A stretch of DNA of 62,274 nucleotides, counting the filler. It is 11 parts of 11 records of this genome, joined end to end, with 100 filler letters (N's around TTAATTAATTAA, not from the genome) between each part and the next. Parts side by side here need not be neighbours in the genome. Positions count along the whole stretch, not along the records: positions 1 to 3,677 come from SRR7504441_2424; positions 3,778 to 9,569 come from SRR7504441_2425; positions 9,670 to 14,668 come from SRR7504441_2431; 8 more parts are not named here. One strand, written 5' to 3'. Position 1 is the stretch's first letter. The number at the start of each line of letters is the position of its first letter. Under the pieces are notes generated by a model. It did no database searches, was not told the origin of the DNA, and saw only the letters and a program-made list of their open reading frames with translations. The position numbers and the translations under genes were made by a program. Shown piece after piece: positions 1 through 10,973 of the stretch.

Positions 1-39
1 GGTGAAAACGTGGGTGTGATTCAAGTGGCTGCGGCCACC

Positions 40-3000
40 ATGAACGGAGAGCTCGAGCCGAGTGCTCTGTACACCTGGGGCTGGGGAAAGGATGGCCAGC
101 TCGGGCACGGGCAGAAGTCGAGCCAGAAAGTCCCGCGCCAAGTCCAGTCAAACGGCCTGGGCCCGGGGCTGCTCGACGTGAGCTGCGGCGGCTGGCACAC
201 CTGCTGCCTCACGGCCGAGGGCAAGCTGCTCACCTGGGGGAGCGGCCGGTGCGGACAGCTCGGACTGGGCGACTGGACCGACCGCCGGCTGCCGCAGCCG
301 GTCCGGGCCCTCCAGGGGCACCAGATCACGGCGGTGGTTTGTGGGAGTTTCTTCACGGCGGCTATCAGCGAGGCGGGCGAGCTGTTCACCTGGGGCTGCG
401 GGCGGGACGGGCAATTGGGGCACGGCGACAAATCGAGCTGCAAGCTGCCCCGGCAGGTGGCCGGTTTGGAGGACTGCAGGGTGGTGGCGGTGGCGTGCGG
501 CGAGCGGCATTCGCTAGCGATCGCCGAAGGGGGGCACGTGTTCAGCTGGGGGGTGGGGCACGAGGGCCAGCTGGGGCACGGCGACTTTAAGGAGCAGCTG
601 CTCCCGCGGCACATCACCGCGCTCCACTCCAAGCGCTGCAGGCTGGTCGGATGTGGGGAGCACTTCTCTGTGGCGGTCTCTGCGGAGGGCAAGGCCTACA
701 GCTGGGGTCGCTCAGTCAATGGCCAGCTGGGGCTGTCAGACCTCAAGGAGACCAACGTCAAGACCCCGCACGGCGTCAGCGCGCTCCGTCAGTTTGAGGT
801 CGGCCGTGCCTCGGGCTATCTGATTGGCTGGCAGGTGGTAGATCTGGCGTGTGGCAGCGCGCACGCGGCGGCGCTGTGCTCCGATGGAGCCCTGTACACA
901 TGGGGGCGCGGGTCCAACGGACAGCTCGGGCACTCGGACCGGGCGGACAAGCGGGTGCCGACCAGGGTGGTCGGGTTGCCGGCAGTCACGAGGGTGGCCT
1001 GTGGCAGCCTGCACACGCTGGCTGTCACGTCCGATGGGCTGTTCAGTTGGGGGCACGGGGGCGAAGGCCGGCTAGGGCACGGTGACGATAAGCACTGCGC
1101 CCGGCCCAAGAGGGTAGTGCACGCGGACGGGATCCAAGTCTGGCAGGTGCGGTGTGGAGGCTTCCATACTGCTGTGCTCGCAGCAAACGTGTCAGACGCG
1201 CGGAGCCCCACACTCGAGCTAGCAAGCCCCGAGACCAGCCCGGAGCCCGACACCCGGGCCTGGAGCGTCTCGCCGCTGGACACGCCAGGCCCCAGTCCGG
1301 CAGGGAGTGAGCATCTTGGTATTCAGCCCGGGCTGCACAGTGCAGCTAGGAGAGCCAATAGAGTGATAGGCTCGTCCGAAAAGGTGGCCAAAGAGCGTTC
1401 GCGGCTACGGCAAGGAGATAGCCCGGCTGCTACCCCGCCGAGCTGGCCGACGGTGCCTGTGTTGGACTTGCCGAGTACGCCACGCGCTGGAAAGTGTGAG
1501 AAATGTGAGACGTTGAGGGCAAATATGCGGCAAATGCGGAGCCGACTTGAAGGATTTGAGAACGAGCGAAGTCAGCTAGTGGCGCAGTGGACCGGCCGGG
1601 TGCAGCAGGCCGAGATGGAAGTCAAGGGTGTGGCTGAGGAGACCGCGCACCAGGTGTGCAGTCTCGAGTAGGGCAGGCTAATGGGAGGCAGGTTCTCCAG
1701 TATGAGCAAGAGAAAGAGGAGCTGGCTCAGAAGCTGGCAGAGGGCGCCAAGCAGATCGGTCGGCTGGAGGAGCATAACCGGGAGCTGGCGAGCCAGCTGG
1801 ATGCGGCCGGGCCGGAGCTGGATCGATTCAAGGCCGAGATGCAGGCCAATGAGCATCAGCTGAGCCAGCATAAGGCGGTTGAGGATCAGTTGATGGTACA
1901 GGTGCAGCTGATGCAGAGCCAGAACAGCGCGCTCGAGAGCGAGTTGGCTGAGTTGCGAGGCGCGCAGGAGAAGGAGGCGGGCAGTGTGTTAAGGCGGAAG
2001 GAGGAGCTTGAAAACGAGCTCGAGCAGAGCCGGATGAAGCTGGATGAGCTGGAGGGAGCGCGGCAGCTGGAGGAGAGCGAGGCAGTGGCCGAGCTGCAGA
2101 GGCAGCTGGAGGAGATGGAAGAGCAGCTGCAGGGCGAGCATAGAGAGCAGCAGCAGTTGCTGCAGAGGGAGGGCCATTTGAACCAAAAGCTCCAGTTGCT
2201 GCAGAGCGAGTTTAGCGCTGTGGAAGCGGAGCTTGAGCTACTTAGAGGACAGCAGGGGCAGGAATTACAGAATAGCGAGCTGGAACATCAATTGCAACTG
2301 AGCCAGCGCCAGAATGCCACCCTGGAGGTTCAGCTGGGCGTGCTGCAAGCAGAGCACGACGAAGCTAGCGTGAAGGCACGAAGAAAGCACAGCGAGGAGC
2401 AGGCCGAGATGGCTCGGCAAGTCGAATTGCTGCACCGTCAGAACAGCGCCTTGTCGACTCAGTTGGAGATGCTTCAAGCAGATCACGAGGAAGCTGCTTC
2501 CAAGCTCAAGAAGGACTGCTCTGTCCAGCTCGAAAGCCTTCAGAGCACTAACACCGAGCTTGAGGAGCAGATAGCCGAGATGCAGGAGGAGCGCGATCGC
2601 ATGCCCCAACACGAGGGCGGCGATGCCGACAAGCTGGATGCAGTGGTGCATTTGCCTGCACAAGGTGGTGATGAGCCCGGTCTGTGACCAGGTGAGGCAG
2701 CTGGATGGAATGGGCCAAACGCTTGGGGCTCGAGTCGAGGAGCTAGCTTCTGAGGTGCCGACGCTACGCATGCATTCCAGGCAGGATGCTGGCGGGCAGG
2801 TGCAGACTGCGAATGCTGAAAACACAAGGCTGAGGCATCAGCTTGCGACGCAATCTGAGGTACTGGGCAAGCAGACAGGGCTGACTTGGCAGCAGGTACA
2901 TGAGCCGGCGCAGGACTCAGCCGAAGAACAAGTCGCCCTGTTGAGCGCGGAATGTGCGTTGCAACAAGCCCAACTGGACCAAAAGCGCGAGGAGGCCTGC

Positions 3001-3474
3001 GCATTGCGGGCTAAATGCAATACATTGAGTGAAGAGCTTGTGTCTCTTAAGGCTGAACAGAGTCAGAGGCGAACGAATAGCTCTAGCGAGGAGATTGCTG
3101 TTCTCCAGCTGCGAGAAGCCGAGGCAGTGATAACTGAGAGGTGGGAGCCGTTGATCTGTGTCGCGTAACACGCTGGGGGCTGCAGGACAGAGGCACTAGT
3201 GCAAGTCCAAGTGAAGAACGACCTTATCACCACGCAATGCAATGAGCTAGAGGACAGACTCGAGTTAGCTCAGAATGAAAAGGAGCGTACGGTTGGATTG
3301 CTGAAGGAGCAGCTCGAAGCATTGCGCTCTGAGTTAAAAGCTACAAAGATGTTTGAAATCAAAAGGAATGAAGATGCTGGCATTGCATCTTGCGATGAGG
3401 ATACAATTGCCTTGCTGTTGGCAGATCGGCATGCGCTTGCAGAAGAATTGTGCTTCTTAAAAGAAAGGTTATAA
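40..3474 (+). CDS. RCC1-repeat beta-propeller protein with long C-terminal coiled coil (6 exons)
   Basis: About 7 RCC1 repeats (xWGxGxxGQLGHG...VACGxxH) followed by E/Q/L heptads. ATG at 40 sits in a GCCACCATG context. ORFs 10-1671, 1656-2687, 2623-3168 and 3199-3474 join in frame via GT-AG introns 1654-1691, 2646-2691 and 3141-3185; probable in-frame introns at 799-834 and 2860-2895. Confidence 0.88.
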
Positions 3475-3677
3475 AATTTGTTGAAATTGTTTAGCTTCAC
3501 ATCGCAGGAGAGATTAAGCTATGAAATTATTTAATCTAACAACATGTAATGCTCTAGCTAGTAGATTTGGGTCTCCGACAATTGGGTATCCCACGGTACT
3601 CCTTCGTGTTGCTTCGAGAATGTGGTCACACAGCACTGCGTATATTGCCTTTTCAGCGTAGTATTGGCTACGCTCTT

Positions 3678-3777
3678 NNNNNNNNNNNNNNNNNNNNNNN
3701 NNNNNNNNNNNNNNNNNNNNNTTAATTAATTAANNNNNNNNNNNNNNNNNNNNNNNNNNNNNNNNNNNNNNNNNNNN
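3678..3777. other. Artificial contig linker
   Basis: N44-TTAATTAATTAA-N44, giving stops in all six frames. Confidence 0.99.
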
Positions 3778-6700
3778 CAGACCGGCTGCCAGCTGCTCCG
3801 GGCCGAGTGGCCGGCCGCGCCTCTCCCTGATCTCCGCGCTGCCGCGGCCAGCCTGGGGCTAGTGCTGGCAGGGCAGGCTGAGGCCCCCGAGCCGGCCGCG
3901 GATGATTCGGCGTGGCAGCTGGCCGGAGGAGGCTGGTTTGGGCAGCTGCACGCGGGGCTACTAGAGGAAGTGCTGGGCGGGGCCGACTGGGAGCGGATAG
4001 ACCGGCTGGCTGTCCTGTGGCGGGCGGGCCGGCTGCTCGTGCTGGATGGCGCAATCTCGTTGCTCCCGGGCGAGCTACTGTGGGTGCAGGCCGACCACCC
4101 GCTGGCCGGGGCGGTGGGCGGGTGGGGTCAACAGTCGGCCGACCTGGGTGCCGCTTGTGATGGGATACGAATAGAGACCGACAAGCGGCTGACGCTAGTC
4201 GCTCCGGATGTGACACTCTATCGCTCGCGAATGGCGCATGCTGATGTGCACAGAGCCGCTTTGGGCCGGTTGGCGAGGCTCAGCCGGGGCGAGGCAGCGC
4301 TCTGGCCGTGGAGTCGGCAAGCGATCGACGCGGAGTGGCCAGCAGCGCGGGTGCAGGCTGACAGCTTTGGAGCTGGGCAGCCAGGAGCAGCAGTGGACGA
4401 GCTTCAACATCTCGCCATTCAGACTGCCCTCAGCTCGCAATTGTCACTGGTGCAAGGGCCGCCGGGCACTGGCAAGAGCTTTGTGGCGGTCCAAACGATT
4501 CAGGCGCCTCTGGCACACGGCCTAGCTGAGTGGATGCAGGCGCTGCTCTCGAGCTCAACTCGGGCTGATGGCCCGGTGCTCGTGCTCAGTCAGACTAACG
4601 CAGCGCTCGACCACTTGTGCCTGGGCTGCCTGGCCCAGCTCGGTGAGTCGCATTCCCAGCGCAGACATTGTGCCAACGTGGGCAGGTGCCCAGAGCAAGC
4701 TAGTCCGGGTGGGCGGGCAGAGCTCAGAGCCCAAGCTGGATCGGCTGAATCTGGCCAGAGCCGTCGGCAGGTGGCTGGCACCGTGCGCTGTAGATCACCG
4801 CAGCTGGTAGGTCGGTGCTCAGTCGACAGGCGGCTGCACTTACAGCACAGTTAGAGGCCTGCAGGAGCTCCTGGAAGGTGGCCACTCGAGGCCGGCCACC
4901 CTGAATGTGGTGGCTGCAGGCGGAGCAGCAATCTGGCTTGCTGGAGACTGTAGCCAGTGTGCCCCTCGAGGAGGCTTTGTCCTGCGCAACTCCCGAAGAG
5001 CGGGCAGCGCTCGGAGCGAGTTGCGGGTCAGGATTAGCTACGATGCAGCAATGGCTGGGCACTAAGGCGGTGTCTGGTGGGCTGGTGGAATTAGCGAGTG
5101 CTATGGCAGGCAGTAGTAGGCGGCATCGGTCCACCGGCCCTGCACGACTGGCGGGCGCTACAGTTGCTATTTGAGGGCTTGCCTCTGGCGGGGAGACCAG
5201 AGGCGCAGTTAGGGGTAAGCCGCAGCGCTCTGGCAGGCGCGAGTGCGAGCGCAGGGCGCGGCGAAGGCGGCGGGTGGGCAGACGGTGGACGAGGCTCCGG
5301 ACGACTGGGACGTGGATAGCGAGTCAGAGGTGCTGCTTGGGCAACCTGCCATCACCTGCTGAACGCAGGGAGACGAGAGCCACGGCGCCGCAGCTGAGAC
5401 GCATTCGGTGCCTGGCTGAGGGGGTGTCTGGCGGAGTGTCTGTCTAGGAGGGAGTGAGCTGGCGGGATGTGGACGGACTCCCAGAGGAGCACGAGGTGGC
5501 TTACTTTTACTGAGCTGGGGTGACGCACACCCAGGCTGGGCCTGCAGCCTCCAGCTCAGAGAGGAGTAGCGTAGGGCGTCCGCAGTGGGGTGAGGTCGAC
5601 TGGTGCTACGACACACAAGCCGCACAACGCCAGTTTGCAAGCAGCGGTGGGCTGGTGCAGAAGTCGTGCACACCAGGTGCTATAGCCCCCCCTCCCGCGC
5701 TTTTGATTGGCTACCAGGGGCTAGAAAGGCGCTACTGTGGTTGTGGGCGTCCGCGGCTGTCGACAGGCGCTGGGCCAAGCAACTATCGCAGGAGGAAGAG
5801 CTTGTAGCACAGGTGCAGCAGCCCTGACAAGAGGTCACACAGTTTCATTCAGGTGAAAGAATTGCGCTTGTGCGCCCAGCTGCTTGCAATGCAGCAGGCG
5901 GATGTGGTGGCGCTCACCTGTTCAGGCGCCCTACTCAGGAGTGAGCTCCTCACTCAGTTGGTGGCTGGTTGCTCAGCCGGCGAATGACACTGTGCAGGCC
6001 CCTCGTGTTGCATTGGTGGAGGAGGCTGCTTTAATGCTGGAAGCTCACCTGCTGAGTGCATTACCGAGCTCGGTGGAGCACTTGATACTAATAGGTGACA
6101 GGCGCCAGGCTGAAGCTGAGGTCCTGCAGGGGATCACGAGCAGCTGCGGCCCCAGCTAGCCAATCAGCGACTGGCTGGGGCACCTGCTCATTTCGATATG
6201 AGCATGTTTGAGAGAATAGCCCTATCCGAGCCGAAAGCTGTTTGCACGCTAGAGCTGCAGTGGCGCAGCGTGGAGCCGCTGGCAGACCTGTTGCTTCCGA
6301 TATACCCTCGGCTTCGCACCACGCAGGGGCTCTCAACCGAGTTTGCCCCAGGAACGTGCACCGCTTTGCAATGCTGGCAGCACAATAGCCTCGAGGAGCT
6401 GTCAGGCATCAAAGCGTGGCGGCTGCGCGAGATTTGGATCGCAGGTCATAGTCTGAGAAACACAACCGAGGCGAAGCGTGCAGTGTCACTCGTGAGGCAT
6501 CTAATCAAGAGCGGGGTGCCAGCTGACCCATCCCCAAGCTCACTGGCCTGTGTACAGCTGGGTGCTGAGAGTGTGACGGTTCTGTGCTATTACACAGCAC
6601 AAGTTGAGCTCATCAAGTCGATGGTCAGCATTGAAGGGACAGGTGCGCTTGGTGCTGAAAGTAGTTGGCTCAGCGTTTTGGCAGTTGTGTGCTCTGTGGA

Positions 6701-6989
6701 TAGGTATCAAGGTAGTGAGAATGATGTTGTGATCCTGAGCACAGTACGCAGCAACCTGGCACACCGGGTCGGCTTTTTAAGGTCCCGGAGTCGAAGCTGC
6801 GTTGCTCTCTCCCGAGCTAGGCGCTGTTTGTTTGTGCTAGGAAACGCCGAACTGCTCGCTAAGGCAGGTGACCATTGGCGTGCCTCATTGGAGCGGATGT
6901 GCCCGTCGGATGTGGTAAAGCTTTTGTCTCCTAATGGGTATGAGGTTGAGTTATCGTCGGCTCAAGAGGTCGATTCACTTTGGGCTTGA
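3778..6989 (+). CDS. ZNFX1-like Upf1-family SF1 RNA helicase, 5'-truncated, many introns
   Basis: Spliced motifs: ALSSQLSLVQGPPGTGKS, PVLVLSQTNAALD, LVRVGGQS, PRVALVEEAALMLEAH, LILIGDHEQLRP, MSMFER, SVDRYQGSENDVVILSTVRSN, VALSRAR. The EEAAxxLEAH and IGDHxQLRP signatures match the ZNFX1 subfamily. Introns include 4504-4539 (GC-AG), 4643-4685, 4771-4810, 4878-4919 and 6406-6444 (GC-AG). Exons between 5100 and 5900 are not fully resolved. Confidence 0.82.
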
Positions 6990-7235
6990 GACTCATCCCT
7001 GGCCCATGACTGGTGTTGACATCGTTCATACGTACATTAGTTTAGGCCTTGTCACGGCATTGTTACTATTATCGAGATGGTGGGGTCTACATGATTGTAC
7101 ATGTAATGCATGCCACATAAGCGCATTTATTAATTTGAGCCTTTATCACCACTGCATCACTAGTTAGCTCAGTACTTATGCCTTGTATTCCTTGTTAAGC
7201 GTAACTATCACTAGGAGTTTGTCGTCAAAACTAGG

Positions 7236-8648
7236 TCAATATCCCAATCGGTATGTACAACCTAAAGATAACCTAAAGAGGTCCTTACGAGGGCGTCTTA
7301 GGGCTGTCAAAGTTGTCACTTGGACCGCAGCTAGGGCTATAGAAGCCGTCATCTCCCTCCCTGCCACGAGACTCATTAATTCATTCGAGAAATATAGGCA
7401 CATATCATCAGTCGGATCGCCCGCAGCTTCGGCGCCTGCTGGAGATAGCTCTTCGCTGCACAACAACAGCTTGAATCAACCTGGCACAAGGCGGCACCCG
7501 CTGATTGCCGCTGCCTGCGCCGCCTCAGCTTTCTTCAAGGCCTCGTTAGCCATTGCTGCAAACACGGCGACCAACCTGAGCTCAGACCGCGGGGGCAGCG
7601 CACCGAGCATCCGGCTCTCGTAAGCGCTCTGGCCCTCTCCTTGGGCTCCATCAGCTGTGTTGTTTGTAGCCACAGCAGCCTCGCCATCAAGCGAAGGCCA
7701 CAGCGACGGCAGCGCCCCCAACCCCTCATCCCACGGCGCTGCGACCAGCTCCGCGCCGCCGCCCAGTGTTTTGGGCAGCACCCCTCTATCTATATACTCA
7801 AAGAGCTCGTCCGGAGCTGGCGTGCCCCGCTTGTCATTCCCTGCAAGCAACACCACCTTCTGCTGGGTCTTGGAGTCCAGAAACAGCCTGACTGTCGCCC
7901 ACAGCATCCGCCCGATCCAGGGGACCGGATAGGCTATCAGCCGGTATAGCCGCTCCGGGTAGTTGTCCGAGAAGAATCCACAAAGCTCCTTCAGGAACCC
8001 AACATCGGGTGGCGCGTTCACCCCTCCCTCGGCCCCGCGCACGTCTACCACGATTGTGAGCTTCTGATTCGGCTTGCCGGCCGTGAGCAGTTCCACGCAG
8101 AACGCGCAGGCGAGTAAATAATCGGCCCGGCTGGGCGCGGCGGGGTTGTAGAACGCTCCGCGGTAGCAGAGCACAGGATTCCCGTTGCGGTCGGTGGCCG
8201 GCGGGCAGCTAAACACGCCCGTGCTCAGCGCCGGGGCCACTGCGGACCTGAAGCTGGCCCAGTCGCGCGGCAGGTGGCCCACCCGCCACGCCCAGTGCGC
8301 TTCGAACATCTTGGCCGCCTTCTTGGGCTTCATCCCGCGTGCCACCAGGAACCGCCACAGCGTCCGCCCGCCCACCGCCGGCCGCACTGCCCGCTGAAGC
8401 TCCTGCAGCTGCGCAAGCTGGCCCGCCGGCAGCGACGCCGCGAACGCAGTGTCGGCCGATGGGGCGACTGGCGGTGTCGGGGCGGCCAGCGGGCTCTCGG
8501 GTGGCTCGTCGCAACTCTCCCAGCCGTCGTCGTCATGCGGGGCGGGCTGGTGATGGCTCACTGGCAGGCCGGGCAGCTCGTCCGGCGGCGGTGGCTGGAT
8601 GTGCCGGTCATCCTGCCCCCGGCTCTGGCCTTTGCAGCAGGTTCCCAT
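7236..8648 (-). CDS. CRAL-TRIO (Sec14-like) lipid-binding protein, probably N-acylated
   Basis: LWRFLVAR...AAKMFEAHWAWR, DRNGNPV, NYPERLYRLIAYPVPW, LPKTLGG. The N-terminus MGTCCK fits myristoylation/palmitoylation. A probable last exon (7236-7455) follows a short GT-AG intron. Confidence 0.85.
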
Positions 8649-8692
8649 GTATCGTGCCGTTAACGGCCACGTTTGGGGAGATTGCCAAATGG

Positions 8693-9523
8693 ATGGCTTG
8701 TTTCAAGGGTCTCCAGAGGCGAGCCGCCAGGAGCGGGATCACGCGGCGCGACATCGCCATGGCGCTCGACACCAACGACCTGCTCGAGCTCATGGGCCTC
8801 CCCAACGGCCCCGTCGGCTTCGACTGGAAGTACGGCCGTTGGCGGGACGCCCCGTTGAACCTCCCGGCGGCTGAAAGAACGCTTGACCGGCTAATCGGCC
8901 ATGACTTGGCAGCACAGCACATGCTCATCGCAGTGGCGCGGCACCTCCCGTTTCATCCGCGGAGCCTGGCGCTGGCCAGCCTCTCCGGGTGCGCGATGAG
9001 CCTGGCGGTGGCCGCGATACGCGAGGATGTGGCATTCGAGGCCTGCGAGGCGCACGGGCTGGAGAGCGCCCGGGGCGAGGCGGCCGGCCAGCTGCTAATT
9101 GAGTTGGCCAGAGACGGCGCGGCTGGGCCGTTGCTCAGGCTGATGGTGGCCGGCGCGCCGCTGGACCTACTGGCGAAGGAACCGACTGAATCGTTCCTTC
9201 GCCACCGCGGAGCCACCCGTCACACCGCGCTGATCGAGGCGGCTGCTTGCGGGCGCGCGGAAATAACCAAGGCGCTGATCGAGGCGGGGGCGATGCTGGA
9301 CGTCCGGTCGGAGGGTATGGGCGGGAGCTGCACTGCGCTGATGAATGCAGCTCACGAGGGGCGGGCCGAGACAGTAGCGGCGCTGATTCAGGCCGGGGCT
9401 GGGTTAGACTTGCAGGAACAGTATTACGGGGAAGACCATGGTACAGCGCTAATGCTTGCTGCTGGCAATGGCCATGCCGAGACAGTGGCGCTGCTGATCG
9501 AAGCGGGGGCGGGGCTGGACTGA
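8693..9523 (+). CDS. Ankyrin-repeat protein
   Basis: Three to four ANK repeats (TALIEAAACGRAEITKALIEAGA, TALMNAAHEGRAETVAALIQAGA, TALMLAAGNGHAETVALLIEAGA). Start is ATG 8693 or 8759. Confidence 0.8.
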   Translation: MACFKGLQRRAARSGITRRDIAMALDTNDLLELMGLPNGPVGFDWKYGRWRDAPLNLPAAERTLDRLIGHDLAAQHMLIAVARHLPFHPRSLALASLSGCAMSLAVAAIREDVAFEACEAHGLESARGEAAGQLLIELARDGAAGPLLRLMVAGAPLDLLAKEPTESFLRHRGATRHTALIEAAACGRAEITKALIEAGAMLDVRSEGMGGSCTALMNAAHEGRAETVAALIQAGAGLDLQEQYYGEDHGTALMLAAGNGHAETVALLIEAGAGLD

Positions 9524-9569
9524 CGACATAGCTAACCAGCTATGGAGTGAATAAAGATAACTTGAAAAA

Positions 9570-9669
9570 NNNNNNNNNNNNNNNNNNNNNNNNNNNNNNN
9601 NNNNNNNNNNNNNTTAATTAATTAANNNNNNNNNNNNNNNNNNNNNNNNNNNNNNNNNNNNNNNNNNNN
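9570..9669. other. Artificial contig linker
   Basis: N44-TTAATTAATTAA-N44. Confidence 0.99.
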
Positions 9670-9701
9670 CCCTCGACGTTAATAAATGAATACCCCCCCC
9701 C

Positions 9702-10832
9702 TTAGTGATGAGCTGCTCCTCGGACCTTGACGCCCCATGTTGAAGGCAGCTCACACTCGTCGAAACTCTTCATTTGCACCATTTCCAAGACAGAAACGCC
9801 CACTGTATCCTCTTCCGCGTTTGCAGTCCTCAAATTAGCCTCCTCCTTGCGCGCCTCCTCAGCCTCTTTGTCCGCAACAGGCTCCACAATTGCCTCGCCC
9901 CTCTCCTGCAAACGATGCATGAACAGCCGCCTCGCTTCCCTCCTCGACGCCACAGCCTTCGCTGCGATCGATGCATGAACGGCCGGCTCCTCCACAGCAG
10001 TAACGGCAGACTCCTCTGCAGCCTCCACAGCGGCCTCTTCGACCGCCTCCATCGCGATCGGCTCACAAGGTGGCTCCTCAGGCTCCACAAGCTCAGCGAC
10101 CGCCCGCCTCCGCGCCTCCCTCGCAGGCCGCTCCAGCTCCAGTGCAGGCGGGCTCTCGTGCACCGGCTCGCGCCGGCTCGGCTCAGGGGTGTTGGTCAGA
10201 GAGCAAACCAAGGAGCTCAGCCTGGAGCTTGCCTTGGAAGAGCTGGCCGAGGCGCTGGCCGAGGTGCAGCACGCAACTGTCTCCTGAATGCGCAGCAGCC
10301 GGTCCCACTGGCCCTGCCTGTCGCCCAGCTGCGCCCCGCTGTCAGGCCAAACCGGCCGGGCACCCTACCGCCACCATCGGATGCAGCGTGGCCAAATTGT
10401 CGAGTACGAACGCCGCAGCCTCGGCGCTTGAGAGGCCCGTGCTCTGTAGTCGGTCGGTCAGGACCAAGCCGCGCGGTTCGCCCTCGATGGTTGGCAGTGG
10501 CCGGAGCCCGGGCGTGCTGCCGGCCGGCTGGTGATCGGGCCGAGGGGCAGGCACCTCGCTGTGCTCACAGGGGCACTCTGGGGCTCGGGCGTTACTATTC
10601 GCGACCCGGCACCCGAATTCGGCTCGGATCTGGTCAGCAGGTCCCACCCTTTGAGCGTAATGCGGGCCGGGGGCTTAATTCCGTGTCGCCTGTACTCGTG
10701 CTCTATGCTGCCCTGCCGGAGCTGCCGGAGTCCGGGCAGGTACGGCCGTCCGGCGAGCGGCCGGTCCATCGGAGCGAATCCGTGCTTTCGCTCGAAGCTA
10801 GCGTCGGCCTCCTCGGCGAGCCGGAGGTCCAT
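9702..10832 (-). CDS. Hypothetical multi-exon protein with E/A-rich C-terminal half
   Basis: Protein-like ORF segments 10458-10832, 10342-10647 and 9702-10211 separated by short intron-like gaps. No recognisable domain. Confidence 0.5.
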
Positions 10833-10973
10833 GGCTCTTCACCCGAGGAAAGGCCGCGCCGAATGGACGGCCACGAAGCGACGAAGAATTTCCCGCCAAT
10901 AATAATATTTGAAAACGGACACGGTAAAGTACACCTGTATACTCTTCATTTTACGTTGCATTGCATACACAAA

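Noticed and set aside
1654-6200. Apparent frameshifts and stops suggesting pseudogenes, recoding or an alternative genetic code
   Set aside because: Where I resolved them, the breaks are explained by 35-46 nt GY...AG introns that restore frame and conserved motifs under the standard code.
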